Shown piece by piece: positions 8,194-16,954 of a stretch of 64,000 nt of DNA (positions within the stretch are counted from its first letter, which is position 1; each line of letters begins with the position of its first letter). The position numbers were made by a program, and so were the translations under genes. This DNA is from Myxococcota bacterium. Lineage in GTDB: Bacteria > Myxococcota_A > UBA9160 > SZUA-336. The notes beneath the pieces were generated by a model. The model was not told the origin of the DNA. It saw only the letters and a program-made list of their open reading frames with translations, and searched no databases. The stretch lies in contig CBDFGR010000003.1 in assembly GCA_965247115.1 (NCBI GenBank), positions 2,496,001 to 2,560,000 on the forward strand. Reading direction: 5' to 3'.

Positions 8194-9846
8194 ATGGCCA
8201 GCATCGATGGAGCGACCCTCATCGCTCGCAGTCTCAAGCAGCAGGGCGTGGACTACATGTTCGGCGTCGTCGGGTTTCCGGTGATTCCTGTCGGCATCGC
8301 CGCGCAAAAGGAAGGCATCAAGTTCTACGGGATGCGCAACGAGCAGGCGGCAAGCTACGCCGCCGGTGCGGTGGGCTACCTGACGGGTAGGCCCGGCGCG
8401 TGTCTCGCGGTCTCGGGTCCCGGCATGGTGCACGCGATCGCCGGCCTGGCGAACGCCTGGTCGAACTGCTGGCCGATGATCCTGCTTGGCGGAGCGAACG
8501 ACTCCTACCAGAACGGGCAAGGGGCCTTCCAGGAAGCCCCGCAGGTCGAGTCCGCACGTCCCTGGGTCAAGTACGCGGCACGACCGGATCGTACGAACCG
8601 GCTGCCGTACTACATCGAGCAGGCCGTGCGCTCGAGCATCTACGGCCGCCCCGGTGCGACCTACCTCGACCTTGCCAACGACATCATCGTGGGCGAGGTG
8701 GAAGAGGACGAGCTCCGGGTGCCACCGCGTGTTCCGGACCCGCCGCGCACGCAGGCCCCTGCTGAGGCGATCGACGCCGCCCTGGCCGCCTTGCGCTCCG
8801 CCGAGCGCCCGCTCGTGATCGTGGGCAAGGGCGCAGCGTACTCGCGTGCAGAAGATGAGGTGCGCGAGTTCATCGATGCGACACGGCTCCCCTTCCTGGC
8901 CTCTCCGATGGGCAAGGGCGTCGTCCCCGACGACCACCGCCTGTCCGTGGCGACCGCGCGCTCCCACGCGCTCGGGAACGCGGACCTGATCTTCCTGGTC
9001 GGCGCGCGGCTCAACTGGATCATGCACTTCGGTCTACCGCCGCGCTTCCAGGAGAACGTGCGCGTAGTCCAGCTCGACATTGCAGCGGAAGAGATCGGCA
9101 CGAACGTGCCGACCGAGGTGGCGCTGGTCGGAGACGCGAAGGCCATCGTCGGGCAGCTGAACGCGAAGCTGAAAGATCAACCCTGGGAGTATCCGACAGA
9201 GACGCAGTGGCGCGCGGACCTGGCAGCCAGCGGCTCGGAGAACGCGGCCGCGGTCGAGGCCATGCTCGACGACGACTCCACACCGATGGGCTACTACCGG
9301 GTGCTGCGCGAGATCCGCGATCTCCTGCCGCGTGACGCGATCATCTCGAGCGAGGGCGCCAGCACGATGGACATCGGCCGCACCATCCTGCCGAACTTCC
9401 AGGCGCGTTCCCGGCTCGACGCCGCCACGTTCGGGACGATGGGCGTGGGCCTCGGTCAGGCGATCGCCGCCGCAGCGGTGCACCCCGACCGGAAGGTGGT
9501 TGCCGTCGAGGGCGACTCCGCCTTCGGCTTCAGCGGCATGGAGGTCGAGGTCGCCTGCCGCTACCAGCTCCCGATCACCTTCATCATCATCAACAACAAC
9601 GGCATCGGTGGCGGTCCGAACGAGCTCGATCCGGAGAACATCCCGGTCTCGGCGTACACGCCGAACGCGCACTACGAGCGCGTGATCGAGGCCTTCGGCG
9701 GCAAGGGCTACTTCGTGACCAAGCCCGACGAGCTCGGTCCCGCCCTGAAGGACGCGCTGGCCGACCCGTTCCCGAACATCGTCAACATCATGATCAACCC
9801 GCGCGCGCAGAGGAAGCCGCAGAAGTTTGGATGGCTGACGAGATAG
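8194..9846 (+). CDS. TPP-dependent 2-hydroxyacyl-CoA lyase / oxalyl-CoA decarboxylase family
   Basis: MRNEQAASYAA, GAFQE, GTMGVG, TPP motif GDSAFGFSGME..NNNG, C-terminal RKPQKFGWLT; RBS GGAGG before ATG 8194. Confidence 0.92.
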   Translation: MASIDGATLIARSLKQQGVDYMFGVVGFPVIPVGIAAQKEGIKFYGMRNEQAASYAAGAVGYLTGRPGACLAVSGPGMVHAIAGLANAWSNCWPMILLGGANDSYQNGQGAFQEAPQVESARPWVKYAARPDRTNRLPYYIEQAVRSSIYGRPGATYLDLANDIIVGEVEEDELRVPPRVPDPPRTQAPAEAIDAALAALRSAERPLVIVGKGAAYSRAEDEVREFIDATRLPFLASPMGKGVVPDDHRLSVATARSHALGNADLIFLVGARLNWIMHFGLPPRFQENVRVVQLDIAAEEIGTNVPTEVALVGDAKAIVGQLNAKLKDQPWEYPTETQWRADLAASGSENAAAVEAMLDDDSTPMGYYRVLREIRDLLPRDAIISSEGASTMDIGRTILPNFQARSRLDAATFGTMGVGLGQAIAAAAVHPDRKVVAVEGDSAFGFSGMEVEVACRYQLPITFIIINNNGIGGGPNELDPENIPVSAYTPNAHYERVIEAFGGKGYFVTKPDELGPALKDALADPFPNIVNIMINPRAQRKPQKFGWLTR

Positions 9847-10325
9847 CCGCTCCCCTCGACCGCTACCGGGCCGTGGTCAAACCGGAGTGGATCGATGAGA
9901 ACGGCCACATGAACATGGGCTACTACCTCGTCGTGTTCGACAAGGCGACCGACGAGTGGCTCGACTACATCGGGCTCTCGCTCGCCTTCAAGGCAGCAAA
10001 CGACGTCACCACGTTCAGCGTGGAGTCCCACGTCACCTTCCAGCGCGAACTCCGCCTCGGCGACCCGCTGCGCTTCACGACCCAGCTCTTCGGCTTCGAC
10101 GCCAAGCGCTTCCACTACGCGCACGAGATGTACCACGCGGAAGAGGGCTTCCTGGCGTCGACGAACGAGCTGATGTCGTTCCACGTCAGCACCAAGACCC
10201 GCCGCAGCATGCCCATGGCCCCCGAGGTCCAGGCGCGCCTCGCCGAGATCCAGGCCGCCCACGAGAAGCTCCCGATCCCGAGCTACGTCGGCCGCGTCAT
10301 CGGACTGAAGGCCAAGAAGGTCTGA
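9831..10325 (+). CDS. hot-dog fold acyl-CoA thioesterase (4HBT-like)
   Basis: WIDENGHMNMGYY motif; coupled to the lyase. Confidence 0.85.
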   Translation: MADEIAAPLDRYRAVVKPEWIDENGHMNMGYYLVVFDKATDEWLDYIGLSLAFKAANDVTTFSVESHVTFQRELRLGDPLRFTTQLFGFDAKRFHYAHEMYHAEEGFLASTNELMSFHVSTKTRRSMPMAPEVQARLAEIQAAHEKLPIPSYVGRVIGLKAKKV

Positions 10326-10440
10326 GCGAGCAAGTCGCGGGCCGCCCTTCCCGTCGATAGTGGGCGAAGTTCTTTGTGTTAGAAAGGGCTTGCGTTCTGC
10401 TGCCGACGAGTCTCACGGGCCCGGAGGACCTGTTTCGAAC

Positions 10441-12385
10441 ATGGACATTCGCAGGCGAGGCCGACTCGCGGTCTGGGGCGCAATGCTGCTATTGGCCGCC
10501 CTGCCGGCAGCTGGGCAGGATTCCCGCGAGGAGTCCGACGCGGTCCCAGGCGGTCCATCGCCGGGTGTCGCGGGTCCCAGTCTCGTGGGCGAGAGCATCG
10601 CGACGGTCTCGATCGTCACCCGCGACCAGATCCAGGCGCTGGGCACCGACAGCGTGACCGAGGTGCTGCGCATGCTGCCCGGGCTGCACGTTGATGAGGG
10701 TGGTGGGCGAGGCGGCGTCAGCTCGCTTTATATGCGCGGGGCCGAGGCCAACTACACGGTCGTCCTGATCGACGGGGTAATGGTGAACGATCCCACGAAC
10801 TCGCGCGGTGGCTCGTTCGACCTCTCGCTGCTCGGTACTGAGAACATCGAGCGAATCGAGGTGGCCCACGGGCCTCTTCCGGCGGCGTGGGGATCGGCCG
10901 CGATTGCCGGAGCCGTGAACATCGTCACGCGCAAGGGAGCTCCCGACCGGCAGACCAGCCTCGCGGTCGCAGGCAGCGAGAACGGGTATTACCGCGTGCT
11001 CGCCGAAGCGAACGACCGAATCGGCCGGTTCGACTACTCCCTGACGTTCTCCAGAATCGACGCGGGCGTCCCCATCCCGGGAAGCGAGTTCGAGAGCGAC
11101 ACGATGATCGCGAACCTCGGCTACGCGGTCTCGGATCGGATTCGCGCCCGGGCAAATTTCCGTATCAGCGACACCGAGCGCGAGACCTATGCAGAAGCGA
11201 GCGGTGGGCCAGAATTCTCGCCCACGCGCGCGGTTGAGGAGCGCGACACGACCTGGTCGCTGGCGGGCCTGCAGCTTCTCCTCGATCCCACGGACTGGTA
11301 CAGCTCGCGGATCGAATACGGCTTTTTCCATGACTGAGGATCTGATCGAGCCGGCGCGCTTCGATCCGCTGGGCATCAACGCTCCATTCCCGGCCGCCGA
11401 GACCGACAGCGATTTCACCCGGAACGACATCACCTGGCGGAACAGTTTCCGGGTGAGCGACTGGGCTCGCGTGGTCGCCGGCGCCGAGACGCTCTTCGAA
11501 CGCGGAAAGAGCGATGGGTTCATCGACTTCTTCGGCTTGCAGCTCCCGACGAGCTTCTCCCTAGATCGGTACAGCGTGGCGCCGTTCGTCGAGGTGGACA
11601 TCGGACCCATCGCGAACCTGCGCCTTCAAGCCGGTCTCCGGTACGACATGCCCGAGGACGAGGACAACGAGCTGAGTCCGCGGATCGGCGTAAGGTACGG
11701 GCTGAAGTCGATCGACACCGTCCTGCGTGCGAACTGGGGCCGAGGCTTCAAGCTGCAGAGCTTCTTCGCACTGGGCAACCCGCTGGTGGGCGATCCGGCG
11801 CGTGAGCGCTCGGGCCTTCTGGGGCTAGAGCCTGAGACCAGCCAGATCTTCGAGTTGGGAGCCATCACACATCTGTGGGAGGGAAAGGCGCGGGTCGACG
11901 CGACCTTCTTCTACAGCGAGTTCTACGATCTGATCGACTTTGATCCCACGACGAACTTGCTCGTGAATCGGAACACGGTGGTGTCCCAGGGCGGCGAGTT
12001 CGCGGTAGCCGTCCAGCCCCTCGCAACGTTCGGTGTGAGCGGCTTCGTGACCTACGTCGACCACCGTATCGAGAACTCCCACGACGAGCTGCGGAACCGG
12101 CCGCAGTGGCGCGGCGGGTTGAGGATGCGCTGGAAAACGAGCCAGGGGGTGGAGGCCAGCCTGAACGCGGTCTGGGTTGGAACCGTCCACGACTTTGCGA
12201 TCCCGGTGGGCGAGAAGAAGCTCGACCCGTACCTGCGAGTGGATGCCGCGCTGGGCTGGGACGTCAACAGCTACGTCCGCGTCTTCTTCGGTGTAGAGAA
12301 TCTTCTCGACGAGGACTACGAAGAGTTTGTCGGCTTCCCCGCTCAGGGGATCACGGCTCGGATCGGGATGCGGCTGAGTCTGTAG
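10441..12385 (+). pseudogene. TonB-dependent receptor (BtuB-like) split by a frameshift near 11330-11337
   Basis: Plug domain (LRMLPG, YMRG, VLIDG, IERIEV) in 10441-11337; the barrel continues in the +1 frame to 12385 (ENLLDEDY..). Confidence 0.8.
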
Positions 12386-12523
12386 GTGCTTGGGGATCTT
12401 CTGCGGAGCTTTGCGGCCTCGAAGTGATCGTCTGGGGTCCGCTATGGGGAGGGAAGCGCGACGAAGCACTCGACGATGGGGGCCTCGCTATGAGCTCCCG
12501 CCGCTGCCCGTGAAGACCGCCTA

Positions 12524-13800
12524 GCAGGCTGCGGAGAAAGTGACTGGTTGAGGGGTGGTCCTTCCGACGAGGGGGTTCACCGGCCGAGGGGCGGGGCGCG
12601 ATTCCCGGTTCGAACCGGTCTTGGGCTCCGCTGATCGCGGGGCGGTTTCGCACATGACCTACGTGGCCTCCAGCAGCTTGCGGATCCGGATCAGGTTGTA
12701 GGCTGCGGCCGTGAAGGTGAAGACCCAGCCGACCCGATCCGTGCCGCGGTGTCGGGTCTTGCGCATCAGCCCCACGGTCTTCATCCAGCCGAAGACCTCT
12801 TCCACCCGTTTGCGAAAACGCTGACTCAGTTCGTAGCCCCGGTGGCGCGTCGTCCGCCCGTCGATCGCGCTGCGTCGATTCGTCGTGTTCTGCGCCACGT
12901 GTGGGGTCACGCCCAACTCTCGAAGCTCTTCCACGAACCCCTTCGTGTCGAAGCCCTTGTCTCCGCCCAATGTCCTCCGACGCCCGCCTCCCAGACCTTC
13001 CACCATCTCGAGCGCCGCTTCGCGCTCCGCATATCCCGACGCCTGCGTGAGCTTCGCCGCGACCACCAAGCCGTTCCGGTTCTCCGTCACCACGTGTCCC
13101 TGGTACGCGAGTCGGGCGCCTTGGCCTCTCATACCGGCGAGTCGTGCGTCGGGATCCGTCGTCGACGCATGCGTCTGGTTGCTCCGCTTCTCGCCTCGGA
13201 AGTTCACCGTCGGGTTGCCCGGGTCATCGTCGTCTCTCCGTTCCTCGTCCTTCCGTACGAAGCTCTTCTGGCTCGCCCACGCCTCGATCAGCGTCCCGTC
13301 TACCGTGAAGTGCTCCAACGACACCCATCCCTCGGTCTCGGCCTGCTCCAGCACTGCGTCGAAGAAGTGCTCGGCAATCTCGCCCTTGAGCAGCCGGTCT
13401 CGGTTCTTCGTGAACACCGTGGCGCTGAACACCACCTCGTCAAGCTCCAGACCCACGAACCAGCGATACAGCAGGTTGTACTCCAGCTGCTCCACCAGCT
13501 GCCGCTCGCTCCGGATGGTGTAGAGCACCTGCAGCAGCAGGGCGCGCAGCAGCTGCTCCGGGGGCACGGACGGGCGCCCTACGCCTCTGGCGTAGATCGC
13601 GTCGAAGCGCGGCGATAGCCGCTGCAGCGCCGTGTCGACCATGCGCCGCATCGCTCGAAGCGGATGATCATCCGGAATCCGCGACTCCAGCGACACGTAG
13701 CTGAACATCCCGCCCTGAAGCGTCCCCTGTCCTCTCACGCCTCCCCCTTTGGGGCTCGCTCCCAAGGTACCCTTCGATGAGGAGTTTTTCAGCAGCCTGT
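12524..13800 (-). mobile_element. IS5-family insertion sequence
   Basis: Imperfect IRs CAGGCTGCGGAGAAAGT (12525-12541) and AGTTTTTCAGCAGCCTG (13783-13799); flanks CTAG / TTAG consistent with a TA duplication. Confidence 0.9.
12659..13738 (-). CDS. IS5-family DDE transposase
   Basis: HPLR..GRPSVPPEQLLRALLLQ..RSERQL, VDGT, GDKGFD, RKRVEEVFGW; GTG start after GGGGGAGG. Confidence 0.93.
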   Translation of the reverse strand: MRGQGTLQGGMFSYVSLESRIPDDHPLRAMRRMVDTALQRLSPRFDAIYARGVGRPSVPPEQLLRALLLQVLYTIRSERQLVEQLEYNLLYRWFVGLELDEVVFSATVFTKNRDRLLKGEIAEHFFDAVLEQAETEGWVSLEHFTVDGTLIEAWASQKSFVRKDEERRDDDDPGNPTVNFRGEKRSNQTHASTTDPDARLAGMRGQGARLAYQGHVVTENRNGLVVAAKLTQASGYAEREAALEMVEGLGGGRRRTLGGDKGFDTKGFVEELRELGVTPHVAQNTTNRRSAIDGRTTRHRGYELSQRFRKRVEEVFGWMKTVGLMRKTRHRGTDRVGWVFTFTAAAYNLIRIRKLLEAT

Positions 13801-13938
13801 TAGGAGGCGCAGGATCTCCAATCGCGTGGGGTCGGCCAGGGCGCGAAAGACCCCTACGAGCCCGCCCTGCTGCCGGCGCGGCAGCGGCGGAATGGATTCG
13901 AGCGGGCAGCAACCGTCCGGTCTGGTCCTCATGCTCAT
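13801..13938 (-). pseudogene. arsR: ArsR/SmtB regulator, N-terminal fragment cut by IS5
   Basis: Manual translation MSMRTRPDGCCPLESIPPLPRRQQGGLVGVFRALADPTRLEILRLL runs into the IS5 end; divergent from arsI/cadI. Confidence 0.8.
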
Positions 13939-14032
13939 GTCTCTTTATATTGACACATGTCGAAACTAGGTACTTGTTGCAAATAGGGATTGTAAAAGCT
14001 ACAGAGAGATTTCTCTCACCCTGAGAATCGAC

Positions 14033-14206
14033 CTATTGCTCGCTGTCCGTCTTGCGGCGCTTCGCTTTCTGGCGGGGACGCCGTAGGCGCGGCTTCAAGA
14101 GACTCTGAAGGGCTTGAGCGGGATCACGCTCGATCCTCAGCGACTCGGGTGGAGGCCCCTGTGATTTACCGCTTTTCTTTCTTCTTCGTGAGTCTGCCGG
14201 TGTCAA
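14033..14206 (-). CDS. small basic IS1595-associated peptide
   Basis: RRRKKSGKSQGPPPESLRIERDPAQALQSLLKP; last ORF before the IR; TTG start inferred. Confidence 0.5.
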   Translation of the reverse strand: MTPADSRRRKKSGKSQGPPPESLRIERDPAQALQSLLKPRLRRPRQKAKRRKTDSEQ

Positions 14207-14633
14207 AATCCATCTCTCCCTGCGGCGGTTGGGGCGGCTTGTCGATCTTGAGCTTGTGGCCAGCAACATTTCCACTTAGCCCGAGGAGACCCAGTGTTTT
14301 GTTGTCGTCGCCTCCATCGAAGGTGTGAAACTCGTCGGCCTCATGGATGATCGCTGTTGCTAGGTGCAGAGCGTCCGGAGTTGCGACACCGACGACCTTG
14401 AGGGTTCGCCTTCTAAGCGCTTTATCAAACACGCTAAGTGCGGGTTCTGGAATCTGAGCTGGAGTTACCTCTGTCAGCATGATCGTTGATGTGATGATGC
14501 GAACTTCACCCTTGTTCCAGCGAGCTACAACGCCTCGAACGCCTTCCATTTCTCCCGGCTTGCGCGCTTCATCTTTGAGCCAAGCCATGAAGATGCAAGA
14601 GTCCCAATAGTACAGATCAACGGTTCCAGCCAT
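14166..14633 (-). CDS. PIN-domain (VapC-like) ribonuclease
   Basis: YWDSC, LTEV, PDALHLATA and HTFD acidic catalytic motifs. Confidence 0.85.
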   Translation of the reverse strand: MAGTVDLYYWDSCIFMAWLKDEARKPGEMEGVRGVVARWNKGEVRIITSTIMLTEVTPAQIPEPALSVFDKALRRRTLKVVGVATPDALHLATAIIHEADEFHTFDGGDDNKTLGLLGLSGNVAGHKLKIDKPPQPPQGEMDFDTGRLTKKKEKR

Positions 14634-15441
14634 CGCGCTGCCTTCTGATGAAATCCTCAGAAGAGAGATCACCAGTTGCGTCCGGCGCGATCCCCCTCAG
14701 GTCAGAAAGACCCGGAAGCTCATCGTCGGGCTCAAGAATCTCAATTTCCTCCACTTCTATCTCATGAGGGAAATCGGAACGAGGTAGATACTTTAAGACC
14801 CCGGTGATGCGAACGGAGGAGTCGATTCCGCTGATTGCTTGTCGCTTCAAGCTCTGTGGAAACCTGCATTCGACGGTCTTTGGCTCAAACTCCGAATAGA
14901 TCCGGAAACGGTTCGCTCCGGAGTGGACGTTGATCTGTTCGAGTCGGCCTTCGACGATTCCATAGGATCTATCTACATTCGCGAGGGCCTTATCGACGTT
15001 TGCCGTAAACCGATCAGTCAGATCAACGGACTGCCCGCCAACGGCAATCGACGCAGCACCAACTTGTTTGCCGACGGACCGGGAGAGTTCGCGGATTCTC
15101 CGTAGCATGGGTGCCGACAGCTCTTCCGGCACCTCTCCTTCGTCAATTCGATCAATCACGGAAAAGAATCCATCGACGGTCCGACTTCGCAAGTCAGGCC
15201 GATCTCTCTCTTGTGCTGCCTCGATCACAACGGTCGCAGGACTGGCATGAGACAACTCGATGATCCGAAAGTAACTTGCTCGAACGCCTCCGCTCACAAG
15301 AGCTTCGTAATCGAACAATGTACTCCGGAGCGACTGTAACTCTTGCACAAACGAGGTCAGTCGAAGGTGGCCGCCTTCGCTCTCAAGGCCCGACATGGTA
15401 AGGGTCACTGTCGGTCCGGTGGTCGCGATGTGGCTTCTCAT
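14617..15441 (-). CDS. hypothetical protein with OB-fold-like C-half and VapB-like tail
   Basis: VEGRLEQINVH..FRIY..VECRF..VRITG..IEVEEIEIL beta pattern, then LRGIAPDATGDLSSEDFIRRQRDGW overlapping the PIN gene. Confidence 0.65.
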   Translation of the reverse strand: MRSHIATTGPTVTLTMSGLESEGGHLRLTSFVQELQSLRSTLFDYEALVSGGVRASYFRIIELSHASPATVVIEAAQERDRPDLRSRTVDGFFSVIDRIDEGEVPEELSAPMLRRIRELSRSVGKQVGAASIAVGGQSVDLTDRFTANVDKALANVDRSYGIVEGRLEQINVHSGANRFRIYSEFEPKTVECRFPQSLKRQAISGIDSSVRITGVLKYLPRSDFPHEIEVEEIEILEPDDELPGLSDLRGIAPDATGDLSSEDFIRRQRDGWNR

Positions 15442-15481
15442 TGCGATTCCCCGAGAGTGGGCACCTTCCCCTGGGGAGAGT

Positions 15482-16429
15482 CTACGCCAATGGTGAGTCC
15501 CGGTACAAGAGTCGCTTACCCTCAGCGCCCCGCAGGGCCGTAAAGGTCCGCTGTCCGTCGGTAACTGCACGAGTGTTGTACTTGAAGGTAAATTCGGCGA
15601 CGTAGCGGTGGAGGTGATGCTTGCTGACGGAGTGGAACGTACCGTAGATCCCGCGCTTGAGAATCGCGAAGAATCCCTCCACGGTGTTGGTCGTAATATC
15701 TCCGCGGACATACTCGCGCTGGCGGTGATTCACCGTCTCGTGACCGCCCTCAAAGTCTTTGCCGAGACCGTGGTAGTAGCGGGCCTCATCCGAGATCACA
15801 CGAGAGTCACGACGCACGCCCGCGCGAATCTCGTCCTTGAGGTTACCGCCATGGATGCGCGCAATGTGCTTTGCTCGGACGCGGCCTCCGCGCTCGACCA
15901 TCGCGAACACGATTTCCTTGTTGTCGTAGCGCTTGTGTGCAGCCTCGCGTTTGCTCGTCTTGTAGCGCGGCTTGCCGCCGATGTAAGTCTCATCGACCTC
16001 TACTGTTCCGCCCAGGAGCGGCCCGTCGTCTTCTTCCATCGCCAGCCTGATCCGGTGCATCAGATATAGGGCCGACTTGTGCGTGACGCCGCACTCCCGG
16101 CTGATCTGGAGGGCCGAAACGCCCTTTTTGGAGGCACACGCGCGCCAGAAGGCGTGAATCCAGATATGGAGGGGGAGGCGGGATTCTTCCAGCACCGTCC
16201 CAGTGCGAACGCTGAACATCCGGGCACAGTCCCGGCAGCGCCAGCGGAAGTGCTTGTGGCGCTGGCCATTGCGGCTCTTCATCGCGTACACGTCCACCGA
16301 GTTGCAACGCGGGCAGCAAGGCTGGTCGCCCCAGCGCTGGGATTCGAGCAACTCATAGGCCGCGGGCTCGCTGGAAGCGGCTCGGCGAAGTGCCTTGAGG
16401 ATCGGGGACTTGGGGAGCTTCTTTGCCAT
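15482..16429 (-). CDS. IS1595-family transposase
   Basis: CPRC..CRDC Zn ribbon, VEVDETY, ISDE, TTNTVEGFF..LKR, KRLLYR. Confidence 0.95.
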   Translation of the reverse strand: MAKKLPKSPILKALRRAASSEPAAYELLESQRWGDQPCCPRCNSVDVYAMKSRNGQRHKHFRWRCRDCARMFSVRTGTVLEESRLPLHIWIHAFWRACASKKGVSALQISRECGVTHKSALYLMHRIRLAMEEDDGPLLGGTVEVDETYIGGKPRYKTSKREAAHKRYDNKEIVFAMVERGGRVRAKHIARIHGGNLKDEIRAGVRRDSRVISDEARYYHGLGKDFEGGHETVNHRQREYVRGDITTNTVEGFFAILKRGIYGTFHSVSKHHLHRYVAEFTFKYNTRAVTDGQRTFTALRGAEGKRLLYRDSPLA

Positions 16430-16478
16430 GCCCTGAGTCTAGGGCATTCTCGATCCATTTGCAACAAGTATCTAGTTC

Positions 16479-16525
16479 CGACACATGTCGATCCGTTGTC
16501 TAGATTACATCGAACTTTATCGATG
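16479..16525 (+). promoter_or_regulatory. remnant sigma70 promoter and ArsR-type operator of arsI/cadI
   Basis: -10 TAGATT (16501-16506); palindrome CATCGA-n6-TCGATG (16508-16525); removing the IS restores TTGACA-17-TAGATT. Confidence 0.75.
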
Positions 16526-16548
16526 CGTTGCAAAAAAGGAGACTCGCC

Positions 16549-16953
16549 GTGCCGCTTCCCCGTGTACAGCTTGCCCTGAACGTCCGCGATCTAGAGGAGG
16601 CGATCGCCTACTACTCGGGGCTCTTCGGGGCCCTGCCCCACAAGCAGGAGCCCGGCTACGCGAACTTCGCGATCGACGAGCCCCCGCTCAAGCTCGTCCT
16701 GTTCGAGAACCCCAACGCTCCCGAGCGTCTCAACCACCTAGGAGTGGAGGTGTTCCAGCAGGCCGAGGTGGACACCGCCACCGTGCGACTCCGTCGCGCA
16801 GGGATCGCGGGGGCGGAGGAGAAGGAGAACACCTGCTGCTACGCCACCCAGAACAAGATCTGGTCGACGGATCCGCAGGGGCTGCGCTGGGAGTGGTACC
16901 GCGTGCTCGACGACTCGGACAGCTTCTTCGCATCCCCCCAGCCGGGGGCGTGA
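16549..16953 (+). CDS. ArsI/CadI family heavy-metal resistance VOC metalloenzyme
   Basis: RVQLALNV, PGYANF..PPLKLVL, LNHLGVEV, TCCYA.Q.K.W..DP.G..WEWY. Confidence 0.92.
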   Translation: MPLPRVQLALNVRDLEEAIAYYSGLFGALPHKQEPGYANFAIDEPPLKLVLFENPNAPERLNHLGVEVFQQAEVDTATVRLRRAGIAGAEEKENTCCYATQNKIWSTDPQGLRWEWYRVLDDSDSFFASPQPGA

Positions 16954-16954
16954 C

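Larger units (their letters stand above)
13961..16480 (-). mobile_element. complete IS1595-family cargo-carrying element (2520 bp)
   Basis: 24 bp IRs CGAAACTAGGTACTTGTTGCAAAT (13961-13984) and ATTTGCAACAAGTATCTAGTTCCG (16457-16480), 2 mismatches; perfect 8 bp TSD ACACATGT (13953-13960, 16481-16488). Confidence 0.95.

Noticed and set aside
10326..10440. Possible B12 riboswitch upstream of the BtuB-like receptor
   Set aside because: The region is short and has no B12-box motifs.
11330..11337. TGA as selenocysteine or readthrough in the receptor
   Set aside because: The continuation is in a different frame, so readthrough would not restore the protein.
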